DNA of 64,000 bases. It comes from Octopus sinensis (lineage: Eukaryota). Each line of letters starts with the position of its first letter. Positions within the stretch are counted from its first letter, which is position 1. Shown piece after piece: positions 11,270 to 24,733 of this stretch. Both the position numbers and the translations under genes were made by a program. Location of the stretch: NCBI RefSeq assembly GCF_006345805.1, contig NC_043011.1, positions 39,940,464 through 40,004,463 of the forward strand. Reading direction: 5' to 3'. The notes beneath the pieces were generated by a model. That model was not told the DNA's origin. It saw only the letters and a program-made list of their open reading frames with translations, and ran no database searches.

Positions 11270-13235
11270 CGTGGCCGTAGTCAGTACCGCTTGTGGTACC
11301 AGTGCCGGTGGCACACAAGAATCCATCCGAACATGGCCGTAGTCAGTACCGCATCACTGGCCATCGTGCTGTGGGCACTAACAAACAACACCATCCGTCG
11401 TGGCCGTTCGCCAGCCTCATCTAGCACCTGTGTCGGTGGCACATAAAAAGTAGTCAGTACCGCTTGTGGTACCAGTGCTGGTGGCACACAAGAATCCTCC
11501 GAACATGGCCAGTCAGTACTGGCCATCGTGCTGGGGCACATAACAAACACCATCCGGTCGTGGCCATTCGCCAGCCTCATCTAGCACCTGTGTCGGTGGC
11601 ACATAAAAACCATCCGAAGACCCGGCAAGACTAGTCAGGCCATAAACCATGGCCCCTACCTGGGATGTAGTCAGTCCACCTGTGCATACCTTCCTCCTTG
11701 TGATACTTGTGAAGGCCTGTTGAGGCAAGTGAAACAAAATCAAATCAAAATCAAAACAAATCAAAATAGATGAACATCAATGGAATTTGTATCTTTGTGG
11801 TACCAGTGCCGGTGGCACACAAGAGAAAACCATCCGAAAGTGGCCGTAGCCAGTACCGCATCGACTGGCCTCCGTGCTGTGGGCACATGACAAACACCAT
11901 CCGATCGTGGCCGTTCGCCAGCCTCATCTGGCACCTGTGTCGGTGGCACATAAAAACACCATCCGAAGACCCGGCAAGACTAGTCAGGCCATAACCCATG
12001 GCCCCTACCTGGGACGTAGTCAGTCCACCTGTGCATACCTTCTTTCTTGTGACACTTGTGAAGACCTGTTGAGGCAAGTGAAAATCAAAATCAAAACAAA
12101 TCAAAATAGATGAACATCAATGGAATCTGTATCTTTGTGGTACCAGTGCCAGTGGCACACACTTTGTGGCACCATTGCCGTGGCACACAAGAGAACCATC
12201 CGAACGTGGCCGTAGCCAGTTCCGCATCGACCGACCGGCCTCCGTGCTGTGGGCACGTAACGAACACCATCCGATCATGGCCGTTCGCCAGCCTCATCTG
12301 GCACCTGTGTCGGTGGCACATAAAACACCTTCCGAAGACCCGGCAAGACTAGTCAGTCCACCTGTGCATACCTTCCTTCTTGTGACACTTGTGAAGACCG
12401 GTTGAGGCAAGTGAAAATCAAATCAAATCAAATCAAAATAGACAAAATAGATGAACATCAATGGAATTTGTATCTTGTGGTACCAGTCCTGTGGCACACA
12501 AGAAATCCATCAGTGCTGTAGTCAGTGCGGTGGGCACATGACAACACCATCCGATCGTGGCCGTTCGCCAGCCTCATCTAGCACCTGTGTCGGTGGCACA
12601 TAAAAACACCATCCGAAGACCCGGCAAGACTAGTCAGGCCATAACCCATGGCCCCTACCTGACGTAGTCAGTCCACCTGTGCATACCTTCCTTCTTGTGA
12701 CACTTGTGAAGACCTGTTGAGAAGTGAAAATCAAAACAAATCAAAATAGATGAACATCAATGGAATTTGTATCTTTGTGGTGCCAGTGCCGGTGGCACGT
12801 GGCACACAAGGGGCCGTCCGAACGTGGCCGTAACCGGTGGCCGCATCGACTGGCCTCTGTGCTGTGGGCACGTAGCAAGCACCATCCGATCGTGGCCGTT
12901 TGCCAGCCTCATCTGGCACCTGTGTCGGTGCACATAAAAACACCATCCGAGCGTGGCCGTCTGCCAGCCTCGTCTGGCACCTGTGTCGGTGGCACATAAA
13001 AACACCATCCGAGCGTGGCCGTTTGCCAGCCTCGTCTGGCACCTGTGTCGGTGGCACATAAAATCACCCACTACACTCTCGGAGTGGTTGGCGTTAGGAA
13101 GGGCATCCAGCTGTAGAAACACTGCCAGATCTGACTGGACTGGTGCAGCTTTCGGGCTCCCCAGACCCCAGTTGAACCGTCCAACCCATGCTAGCATGGA
13201 AAGCGGACATTAAATGATGATGATGATGATGATGA
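11270..13235 (+). repeat. Tandem array (~300-345-bp unit, ~4 full units plus partials) derived from an RTE 3'UTR
   Basis: Marker gatgaacatcaatggaat recurs at about 11769, 12110, 12450 and 12750; recurrent gtgccggtggcac hairpins; the array ends in the standard RTE tail and (GAT)n at 13060-13235. Confidence 0.85.
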
Positions 13236-13335
13236 TATATATATATATATATACACACACATATAGATAGATAAAGATATTTACATAGAGCACACATACG
13301 TACATGCATACATATATATGTATATATATATATAT

Positions 13336-13374
<39 letters not shown>

Positions 13375-13424
13375 TAAAGTATGATAAAAATTGAAGCACC
13401 TCAAAGGTAAATTATAAAAAGGGT

Positions 13425-13835
13425 AGATAGCATGACAGGCCTTGACTATTGGGGTTGACTAGAACAGCTGAAGCTTTAGTCTATCCAACACTGCCATGAG
13501 TGTTACATCATCTGCATGATGTGGGAAAATTCCATCAGCATTGCCCAAATGATGTTGGCATCGCCTTTAAGATACACCCATGACTTGGACCCCGTGCTAT
13601 CCAACCCGCTATACATAAATCATACTCGCATCACATAACAACAATAATTGCACAATTATTTCACTGCAAATTGCTCTGCTCTCTTTAACATTACACCAAA
13701 ACACATCAGAGCAGAAACTGACCCCATAAAGCACAAGAAGTCTTTGGATAAATTCCTTCAAAAAATCACTGAGAAAATTTCCTATACCAGGCTATGTCTC
13801 CGTAAACAATAACTCTCTCCTTGAGTGGGCAATGT
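13425..13835 (+). pseudogene. CR1/L2-like LINE ORF2 C-terminal remnant
   Basis: Decayed translation GLDYWG*LEQLKL*SIQHCHECYIICMMW..LFNITPKHIRAETDPIKHKKSLDKFLQKI..PIPGYVSVNNNSLLEWA matches the typical LxY.ERL..LKL.SL.RRR motif. Confidence 0.65.
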
Positions 13836-14014
13836 TGTCTGATTCTTGATTTGAATTACTTTGCCAGGTGGTGCTATTAAGTTAGACATGGCCTGGACCA
13901 ATACTGGCTGAAAACTATCAAAGTATTAAAGCATGTATATATATATATGTGTGTGTGTGTGTATATGTATGTGTGTGTGTATATATATGTATTATATATA
14001 TATATGTATGTATG

Positions 14015-14074
<60 letters not shown>

Positions 14075-16189
14075 CATATATACATACATAAATTGCATGT
14101 ATGCATACATACATATTTATAATATAAAATGTACCGTTCTATTATTGGTGGGATCAGCGCATACTCTATCCAGTGAATGGTTAGAGATAAATATCAGAAT
14201 TTAATACACACAGGATTTAAATACAAGCAGTTGCAAAGTTTCATGCCTCCGAAAAGACATTTGTCAGACAAATTTTTATAGGATGCTGCAAAGGATTGCC
14301 TGAAAATACATGGCAATCATTTCAGAGATATGAAACTAATAGTCATTCACACTTCTTTTATTCTTTTACTTGTTTCAGTCATTTGACTGTGGTCATACTG
14401 CAGCACTGCATTTAGTCGAGCAAATCAAACCCTGGAGTTATTCTTTGTAAGCCTAGTACTTATTCTATCAGTCTCTTTTTCCTGAATCGCTAAGTTACGG
14501 GGACTTAAGTGCACCAGCATCGGTTGTCAAGTGATGTTGGGGGCACAAACACAGACACATAAACATATTCACACAAATCCACACACACACACACACACAT
14601 ATATATATGCGATAGGCTTCTTTCAGTTTCTGTCTACCAAATCCACTCACAAGGCTTTGGTTGGCTCAAGGCTATAGTAGAAGACACTTGCTCAAGGTGC
14701 CACACAGTGGGACTGAACCTAGAACCATGTGGTTGGCAAGCAAGTTACTTACCACACTGCCACTCCTGCGTCTGTATATATTATATAATAACTCATAAAA
14801 AAAGCTCTTAATGCTGTACGAAGAGTGCAATATATAAACACTGAAAGAGGAGTTTTTTAACTCTTATTTCTAGCAATGTAGGTGCTTCAACACCCTTGGT
14901 CACTCATAGTGATGATTAAAGTTTTCCTTTATGGTATTGCAGTGCACCCTGCTGTTTATATTACTCACTCACACACACACACACACTCTACTCCTATGTT
15001 CGATGTGGTCTGGTGCCTTTTAAAAAAAGTTTGATCATAAGCCTACTGGATCATGGTTGACCTTGGGTTAAAGAACAAATTCTTCAAATCATGTTTATTA
15101 ATGTTTAGCCACATGTCATCCCTGACTGTGCAAGCCTATAATCAAATATGTTCCAGCCATGACCATCACTTTATTTTTGTAGGCATAGTGTATAGAAAAC
15201 TAGATTAGCACCTTTTCTACCTTAAAATTGTAAAGCACAATTTGAGTTAGATTTGCCTTCTATTTTTAGCAAATTGATCAGTCACAGAAATTCTCTTATC
15301 GCCTCAAAATTGTTGATGTGTGCTAAGGTAAATATCTTTAGCTCTGTATTTTTGACATGAAACATATCCATTTAGTCACTATTGATATTTTGTTTTAATA
15401 GCAAAGTATATAATGAAGCAGATTTCTCTACTATTTCTAGCTTCCTCGTTATTTCAAAATTAAATTGATATAAGATTAAGTAAATATCATTAGTTTTGCA
15501 TTCTTGGCATGTAGGAAAATTCATTAATTCTCTCTTGGTTTTATATCATCATCGTCATCATCGTTGTCATCGTCATCATCATCTTCAGATGTGTTTTCCA
15601 TGCTGGCATGGGTTGGACAGTTTGACAGGAGCTGGCCAGTTGAAGAGCTCCCCAGCTTCCATATCTGTTTTGGGTACGGTTTCTATGGCTGGATGCCATT
15701 CCTAATGCCAGCCACTTTACAGAGTGTGGTGGGTGCTTTTATGCAGCACCGCCATGGGACACATCTATGTGACACTGGCATGGGTACTTTTTATGTGGCA
15801 CCAGCACTCACAAACCCACAAGATTCATGAAAAGCACAATATGATTTCAAGCAAATTTGTCTGCTATTTCTAGCAGATTGATCAGTCTAATAGAGGCTCC
15901 CTTACTGTCTCAAAATGAAGCTGATATATGCCAAGGCAAATATCATTAGTTCTGTATTTTTGACATGTAAAAAATCTATTTATTTTCTAGTTTAAAACCA
16001 TTTTATCATTTTTTTTAAAAATAACAAAACATAATTTGAGGCAAATTTGTTTGATATTTCTAGCAGAATAATCAATCATTTAGAGGCTACCTCATTGTTT
16101 CAAAATTAAGTTGATAAATGCTAAAGCCAATATAATTAGTTCCGTATTCCTGACATGTAAAAAATCAATTAATTCCCTAATTCCTTATC

Positions 16190-16221
<32 letters not shown>

Positions 16222-16310
16222 TATATATATAATATATATATATATATAACATATGTATATATCATATATATATATATATAGATATATATATATATATATA
16301 TAATATATAT

Positions 16311-16342
<32 letters not shown>

Positions 16343-16421
16343 ATATAATATATATATATATATATATTTATATGTCCAACCCATGCTAGCATGGAGAACG
16401 GACGCTAAATGATGATGATGA

Positions 16422-16519
<98 letters not shown>

Positions 16520-16520
16520 A
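16190..16520. repeat. (TA)n microsatellite with a ~50-bp RTE tail inserted at 16374-16424
   Basis: Direct inspection. Confidence 0.9.
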
Positions 16521-19002
16521 CTGTAAAAGAAATGTCAAATCTATTGATTAATTATTATTTATAAGAATTATCCTACTTAATCTCAACATATGTTGCTTTG
16601 TTGGATTTAATTTTTTTTTTTTTTCATTTATTGTGCATATATTCTGTGTGGCTTTTGAAGAGGGAAAATTAGCAAAGAGAGCATAAACTTTACTATGTGA
16701 GTTCAAGCCTCCGAAGGTTAAGCAAAATGATTTAAATGGGCTGACTGTTTCTGTGAAATTGAATTAATATTTTGCTGCTGCTTATTACATCTACATGGTT
16801 TCAAATGCTTCTTAGGTCTTATGAGATCCCTGAGTCACAGAGCAGAGCTTAATTTTGGTTCTATGATTCCACAGTATGGAGAGCTCCATGTCTGTCATCG
16901 TCATCGTCATCATTGTCATCGTCATTGTCATCACCATAATCATCATCATCACGTCATCATTACCATCGTCATTATCATCATCGTCATCATCATCATTATC
17001 ATCATCATCATCACGTCGTTACCATCGTCATTGTTGCTGTTGTTTTAATGTCCATTTCTCCGAGCTTGCATGGATCAGATGGAATTCATTGAGGCAGATT
17101 TTTTCTCTGGCTGGATGCCCTTCCTGTTGCCAGCCCTCACCTTTTTCTTAGCAAGATTTTGTTTCCCCAGAGCCACTTACATGATGTGTCACCTCACGTG
17201 ATTTCAAGCAGTGTCTCGTTAAAATAAATTCTGTTTCATATAACTTATTACTGCAGTCACCTAAGGAGACACATCTGCATTGAGGGATACACCTAAAACA
17301 GTTGTACTGTACCCCACCCACAAAAGATTGATGCTAGATGGGTCAAAAAACGTTTGTAGTGACCAATAAAGATTCTTGTATCTTCCATCTTCCATCTCTA
17401 TCATTAATTATATATATATATATATATATATAAAGTGATGGCTTGTTGTCAACTTAATGTTGCAGTCCCAAGAAAGGGAAGAATGTTACTGCTATTTAGC
17501 CCCGAGAAACACTGTTTGTAGTTGGCTACACGACACAAGTGTTCTGTGTCCTTAAGTTTTCAAACAGGGAAGATAAGCACCTCCACCCAGCAAAACCAGC
17601 ATCCAGAGACTAGTTTCAGTGTTATTGCTCTTCATCAGTCTGCCAAGCTACTGTTGAAAACTTATAGAATTCTGAGTGAAATACATTTACTGATCTACAA
17701 AAATAGAAATATTACATTTCTAAACCTCTCAGAGAGAGTTATGCAGTAACAGCACGATAAAGAGATGACTTGTTGCCAATTTTATGTGGCAGTCCCAGGA
17801 AAGGGATGAATGTTACTGTTATTTAGCCCCAAGAAACACTGTTTCTAGTTGGCTACACAATACAAGCATTCTGTATCCCTATACATATATGTATATATAT
17901 ATATATATCATCATCATCATCATTATCATCATTGTTTAACATCTGCCTTCCATGCAAGCATGGGTGGGACAATTTCAAAAGAGCTGGCTGGGCGCCAAAG
18001 ATATACATACATATATATATATATCATCATCATCATCATCATCATCATCGTTTAGCGTCCACTCTCCATGCTGGCATGGGTTGGACAGTGCAACTGGGGT
18101 CTGGGAAGCCAGAAGGCTGCACCAGGCCCAGTCTGATCTGGCAATGTTTCTACAGCAGGATGCCCGTCCTAACGCCAACCACTCCATGAGTGTAGTGGGT
18201 GCTTTTTACATGCCACTGGCACAGGTGCCAGACACACACACACACACACACAAACATATATAAACACACATAAATATATGAATATACTCATAGATATATG
18301 TGTACACATACATTCTCATACCCATATAGAAACAAGTACATATATGTTTATACATATATTTACAAGAACACTCATAACTGTTTTGTCTTCATAAATTTTA
18401 GTATTCTAAAAATTTTCGCTTGGTCTGTCATGTTCTTTGATGTTCTAGTCAGCCTCTGTTTCTGTCTTACCTGTTTGTTTGTTTGTTTAATATTTACCTT
18501 AACCTGGTGAATTTTTGCCACGATGTAACCTAAGAATACATCAGTAAAAAGCTGGTGAAGGCGGCAAGCTGGTTGAAACATTAGCACACCGTGCAAAATG
18601 CTTAATGGTATTTCGTCTGTCTTTACGTTATGAGTTCAAGTTCTGCCGAGGTTGACTTTGACTTTCATCCTTTCGGGGTCAACAAATTAAGTACCAGTTG
18701 CATACTGGGGTCGATTTAATCGATTGGCCTTCTCCCCCAAAATTTCGAGCTGTTGTGAATTTGTGAATTTTGAGTCATACTTGTGTTTTTCTTTGTATAT
18801 ATATTGTTGCTAGGAAGGGCATCCAGCTGTAGAAACCTAGCCAAAACAGACTGCAGCCTGGTGCTGCTCTCTGGCTCACCAGTTCCTGTCAAACTATCTA
18901 ACCCATGCCAGCATGGAAAGCAGACACTAACTGATGATGATGATGATGATGAAGTGTTCGAGAGGACACCCAAACTAACTCAACTAATGTGTGTGTAAGG
19001 AG

Positions 19003-19085
<83 letters not shown>

Positions 19086-19884
19086 GACAGAGACAGACAG
19101 ACAGACAGGCAGACACATACACACAGACAGACAAACAGACAGACTGAGAGATTGTTAGATGTGGTGGGTTTCCACACACAGTTTCAGTCTACCAAGTTCA
19201 CTCACATGGCCATGATTAACCCAGGACAATAGCAGAACAAACTTGCCCAAAGTGCCCGGTAATAGGACTGAACCTGAAACCACTTGGTTGTGAAGCAAGC
19301 TTCTTAACCACATAGCCATGCCATCGCCTATAAACAACCAGTACAAGTTCTGCAAGTTTTGAACTTTCCACTTCAGCCTGTTAAGCATTAGGAAGGGCAT
19401 CCAGCTGTAGAAAACTCCCAGATCAGATTGGAGCCTGGTGCAGCCATCTGGTTCGCCAGCCCTCAGTCAAAACCGTCCAACCCATGCTAGCATGGAAGGC
19501 AGACGTTAAACGATGATGATGATGATGAAGCAATCATGTTATCTACAACACTGCTAATTTTCAACATCTTATATACAATATTGTTAATCTTATTAGTGAT
19601 TCTCTCATCACTGCTTTAGCTAGAACAGTAAGCTCTACACCTTACTCTTTTTACAATTTACTCTCTTTCACTTGTTTCAGTCATTTTGACTGCAGCCATG
19701 CCGGAGCACTGCCTTTAGTCAAGCAAAACGACCCCAGGACTTATTCTTTGTAAGCCTAATACTTATTCTATCAGTCTCTTTTGCCAAACCGGTAATTTAC
19801 GGGGATGTAAACACACCAACATCGGTTGTCAAGCGATGTTGGACACACACACACACACACATACACACACAAACATATACACAC

Positions 19885-19920
<36 letters not shown>

Positions 19921-20334
19921 GATGGGCTTCTTTCAGTTTCCGTCTACCAAATCCACTCACAAGGCTTTGATTGGCCCAAGGCTATAGTAGAAGACACTTG
20001 CCCAAGGTGCCATGCAGTGGGACTGAACCTGGAACCATGTGGTTGGCAAGCAAGCTACTTACCACACAGCCACTCCTGCGCCGAGGAAGATTTAATAAGA
20101 CTGAAACATGTCCTGAGTTATCTCTCATATTTGCTGACATGGTTAAAATAACATTTTACTGATTGAGCCACAGTCAAATGACTGAAACAAGTAAAAGATA
20201 AAAGATAAAGATAAAAACAAAGGACACAATTGAAAAAGTTAAAAAGAGAAAGAGAAAAGAAAAGAAAAGAAGAAAACAATTCACCACCTTGGGTTGAGAA
20301 GTTGGGGGCGCTGGAAAACCTCTCTAATGCCTTT

Positions 20335-20552
20335 GAGGCACACCGACACGCTTGCAGCTTTGCCATGCACTGGAACAGCCAAGCACCCTCGTGAGCCCCA
20401 CCAGTTACCTCTGCAAGGCGAGTTGCCAATGAAGACAGGAATTTAGCTGTTAGTGGTCCGACAGGATGGAAAATGTAGTTGGCCGACACATCGCAGCATT
20501 TCAGGATTTTGTTCTGCTCGGCCACAGAAGCTGTGGATCTCACCCTGGGCAA
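20335..20552 (-). pseudogene. CRE-like (RLE) LINE endonuclease C-terminal remnant
   Basis: ORF 20118-20552: EQNKILKCCDVSANYIFHP(del)VGPLTAKFLSSLATRLAEVTGGAHEGAWLFQ resembles the E.K..KY......F.P...ET.G.WGP....FL..L..RL...TGD.RE..WL.QR pattern. Confidence 0.7.
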
Positions 20553-20679
20553 TGGATGTATATGCCATTGTATTACATTATGGCAGCATAATGAAATATG
20601 GTGTCTCTACAAGTCATTAATGAATTAATAGGATCTTTACAATTAATATTATCTTTTACTTCAGTTCACAAGTTATTTT

Positions 20680-21096
20680 GGATCTTTTCGGTTTGAACGG
20701 CAGTTTTTTCTAGCAGTGTCATATGAAATTGTCACCCATAATTATGACCCTAGTATCGATCTATTGCATTTCAATCTGTTTTAGGGTTAGGGTTAGGGGT
20801 GGGAGGAAGGGTATCTTTTGTTCTTCTCAAATGTAAATAAACCCAATCTGTTTCTTAAACGAGGGACATATTCATACGGCACAGAATGTTTTTTACCTCA
20901 ATGGACGTCATTAATTAGTTGAAATTGCATAAATTGAAGAAAAACAACAACAAATATCTTACAAACCATAGAATTTTCTCAATAAAGCCAAGAGAAAAAG
21001 ATGTTTTATAAACACATTCTACCAGTATACGAAGTTTAAAATTTTTTAGTCACCTAGAAATTATGTTAAAAACTGCCGTTCAAACCGAAAAGATCC
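20680..21096. mobile_element. 417-bp MITE with perfect 29-bp TIRs and an 8-bp TSD (Merlin-like by its GG..CC termini)
   Basis: TIR ggatcttttcggtttgaacggcagttttt / aaaaactgccgttcaaaccgaaaagatcc; TSD gttatttt at 20672-20679 and 21097-21104; internal (TTAGGG)3 at 20781-20798. Confidence 0.9.
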
Positions 21097-21619
21097 GTTA
21101 TTTTAATTAAATTTTCAATACTCACTATACAAAGAGTAACTTAACTATTTTCGTGTGGATGGCATCCCTGAGTAAACAACATGATTTATAGTTTTAAGAT
21201 TGCTTTCGTATGGTTATAAAGTTTATAAGTTTCCCCAGACTGTTAATCTTGTCTTTCCAGTTTTTATACAAGCTAATACGATTCACAATCAGCTTATTTC
21301 TCCTCTTGTCTTTAAGAGTTTATATGTCTATGTGTACACGAACACACAAGTGCATGTATAGACACAAGAGACAGAAACATAAGGACACAAACACACACAA
21401 ACATGCAAACATATGCATACAGTGATACAGACACAAAATGACATAAACACACACACACACACACACGCATATAAAGATGCGAGCAGTCACACATGCACAC
21501 AAATATGCACACATTCATGTACATATATACAAAGTCACAACAGCATAAAAAGACCCTGACATAAACACACACTTACACTCTGCCAAACACACACACACCA
21601 CACACACACACACACACAT

Positions 21620-21662
<43 letters not shown>

Positions 21663-21899
21663 CTAGCAAATAAAGATGCAGAGACAAAGACACACACATT
21701 GACAAACACATACACACACAAACCAACTAGGACAACCTTAATGCTATTACTCAATCAGCTAGAAATAGCAGTCAAATCTCTTATAAATCACTTTCTACTA
21801 TCTTAAAACCAGGGCAAGACATATCAGATAATGTTGTCCTCCATAACCTTAAAAAAAACAATAGTATGATCACAGCTGGACTGCATTCGGTTGCATATC

Positions 21900-22195
21900 A
21901 GCATGACAGGAGATGACCTGTGGTTAAACAACCAACTAATCACCACCATCACCAACACAGCCACAATCATCACCACCACAACCGCCACAACCATCACCAG
22001 TACCACCAGCCCCACCACAATCACTCAGTCCCCATCACCACCACGACCACAACCACAACCACCACCACCGCTACCACCATCACCACCACCACCACAACCA
22101 CAACCACCACTACCACAACCACCAACACAACCACCACCACAACCATCACTACCATCACCACAACAGCCACTGCCTCTTCCACCACTCCTACCTTG
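21900..22195. repeat. (CAC/ACC/CAA)n low-complexity tract
   Basis: Direct inspection. Confidence 0.85.
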
Positions 22196-22399
22196 CCACT
22201 TATTTAATGAGTCTAAGAAAACCACTTTTCAATCACAATTTCTGACGGAAGGCAGCCAGTATCTCTAAATGGTTGTTTGATCTACAGGAAATAGCAGTTA
22301 AATCTTCCCCATACAACATCATAAATGAAGGACATATTTGACAACGTAGTCTGTAATACACTTATACCGTTTTTCCTTTTAGTTGCTTCATTTTTACTT

Positions 22400-23413
22400 G
22401 TTTCACTATATGTGTGTGTGTGTGTAGTAGAGGTGGATGCTCAGAGAGTGTCACCACTAGAATACGAATAGCCTGGGCAAAGTTTAGAAAGCTTTTACCC
22501 CTACTGGTGACAAAGGGTCTCTCGCTCAGAGTGAAAGGTAGATTGTACTATGCATGTGTGCGAACTGCCATGCCTCACAGTAGTGAAACATGGGCTGTAA
22601 CTGCAGAGGATATGTGTAGGCTTGAAAGAAATGAAGCTAGGATGATCCACTGGATGTGTAATGTCAGTGTGCACTCACGACAGAGTGTAAGTGCCCTGAG
22701 GGAAATGCTGGACATAAGAAGCATCGGATGTGGTGTGCAAGAGAGACGTTTGTGCTGGTATGGTCATGTACTACAGATGGATGAGGAGAGATGTGTGAAG
22801 AAGTACCACTCCCAAACAGTTGAAGGTATTCTGGGAGAGGTAGACCCAGGAAGACATGGGATGAGGTGGTCAAGCATGACCTCTGAACGTTGGGCCTCAC
22901 AGAGGCAATGACGAAAGACCAGGATCTCTGGAGATATGCTGTGACTGCAAAGACCCGACAAATAATGTAAGTTCATGGCTGTTTCCTGCATCAGTTTCGC
23001 ATAGCCCCAGCCCATCCAAAGTACCTTGGATTGCAGAATGACCTACTATGCTTACCTTGGATCATAGGGTAACCTGCTGTGCTTGAGGAGACCTATTTAA
23101 TCAAGTTCATCAACATCAAATTAAATATCTAATGGAAATTGTAGTCGTGATACCCGTGCCGGTGGCACGTAAAAAGCACCATCCGAACGTGGCTGATGCC
23201 AGCGCCACCTTGACTGACTTTTGTGTCAGTGGCACGTAAAAAGCACCCATTACACTCATAGAGTGGTTGGCATTAGGTAGGGCATCCAGCTGTAGAAACA
23301 CTGCCAGATCAGACTGGAGCCTGGTGCTGCCTCCTGGCTTCCCAGACCCCAGTCGAACCGTCCAACCCGTGCTAGCACGGAAAATGGATGTTAAACGATG
23401 ATGATGATGATGA
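22400..23413 (+). mobile_element. 5'-truncated RTE LINE: ORF C-terminus, 3'UTR and (ATG)n tail
   Basis: GGCSESVTTRIRIAWAKFRKLLPLLVTKGLSLRVKGRLYYACVRTAMPHSSETWAV..RRLCWYGHVLQMDE (RLRWxGHVxRM motif), followed by the family C tail. Confidence 0.9.
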
Positions 23414-23552
23414 TATATCGTTTTAAATCTTTGAGCAAGAGGTATGCAGTAGCAGTAACAAATTGTAAAGTTTATTTGCAACTTAATGTAGCAATCCAAT
23501 ACAAGGACAATGTTACTGTCTTTTAGCCCCGGGAAGATGTCTTTTCCAGTTG

Positions 23553-23790
23553 GCTATCAGTCAAGACTGCCATAAAAGAAATGAACTGTGGCAAAACTCC
23601 GGGGGCAGATGGAATTCCTGCAGAACTGTACAAGGCCCTTGGTATCACAGCTTTCAGTACATTCCATGACATCCTTGTGTCCTTTTAGGAGGAAGAGTGT
23701 ATGCCAGTAGACTTCCAAGATGCCACTATAGTTATTCTCTACAAGGACAAAGGAGCCAAATCAGGTTGTGGGGATTGCAAGGACATTATA
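23553..23790 (+). pseudogene. RTE/BovB-like RT N-terminal fragment
   Basis: VKTAIKEMNCGKTPGADGIPAELYKALG..MPVDFQDATIVILYKDKGAKSGCGD matches the KAPGxDGIPAE..PxDxxxAxIVxLxKxKG motif. Confidence 0.8.
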
Positions 23791-24484
23791 CATTTATGCA
23801 AACATACATACAAACAGACAAACATACATACAGACAGATATACTCTTTCTTTTTCTCTTTTACTTGTTTCAGTCATTTGACTGCGGCCATGCTGGAGCAC
23901 CACCTTTAATCGAGCAACTCAACCCCGGGACTTATTCTTTTGTAAGCCCAGTACTTATTCTATCGGTCTCTTTTACCGAACCGCTAAGTAACGGGGACCT
24001 AAACACACCAGCATCGGTTGTCAAGCAAAGCTAGGGGGACAAACACAGACACACAAACACACACACGCATATATATATATATATATACATATATACGACG
24101 GACTTCTTTCAGTTTCTGTCTACCAAATCCACTCACAAAGCTTTGGTCGGCCTGAGGCTATAGTAGAAGACACTTGCCCAAGGTGCCAAGCAGTGGGACT
24201 GAACCTGGAACCATGTGGTTGGTAAACAAGCTACTTACCACACAGCCACTCCTGCGCCTATATATACATATATTAATTATCAGCAACAGAAACAGTATTA
24301 CTAGCAAAAGGTAATATATATATATATCCAACTTAATGTGGATGTCTTGTAAGAACACTAAGTACTACATTATTAACAGTGAGAGAATCTCTCATAGCAG
24401 TACTTGGTGCATCCACATTAAGTTGGATATAAGGATTACCTTTCAGTGGTAGTACTGCTTCTGTTGTTGAGAATTAATATGTAT

Positions 24485-24716
24485 ATTTCTTTACTACCCA
24501 CAAGGGGCTAAACATAGAGGGGACAAACAAGGATAGACAAAGGGATTAAGTCGATGACATCGACCCAGTGCGAAACTGGTACTTTATTTATCGACCCCGA
24601 GAGGATGAAAGGCAAAGTTGACCTCGGCGGAATTTGAACTCAGAACGTAAAGACAGACGAAATACCGCTAAGCATTTCGCCCGGCATGCTAACGACTCTG
24701 CCAGCTCACCGCCCTT
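24485..24716 (-). mobile_element. SINE family B (tRNA-like head, central gtcgactttgcctttcatcctttcggggtcgataaa domain, Tx1-like tail)
   Basis: Near-identical copies at 27961-28187(+), 44532-44765(+) and 58256-58489(+, 14-bp TSD tatataaatgacta at 58242-58255 and 58490-58503). The central domain resembles Nin/Deu-type SINE domains (from memory, not aligned). Confidence 0.9.
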
Positions 24717-24733
24717 TGAGAATTTATATATAA

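Noticed and set aside
11270-13060. CRISPR-like or ribozyme-array interpretation of the tandem array
   Set aside because: The units are ~340 bp without unique spacers, there are no cas genes, and I found no CUGANGA/GAAA or HDV-type core in the unit.
20781-20798. Chromosome end or telomere-fusion scar
   Set aside because: Only three repeats, and they lie inside a TIR/TSD-bounded MITE.
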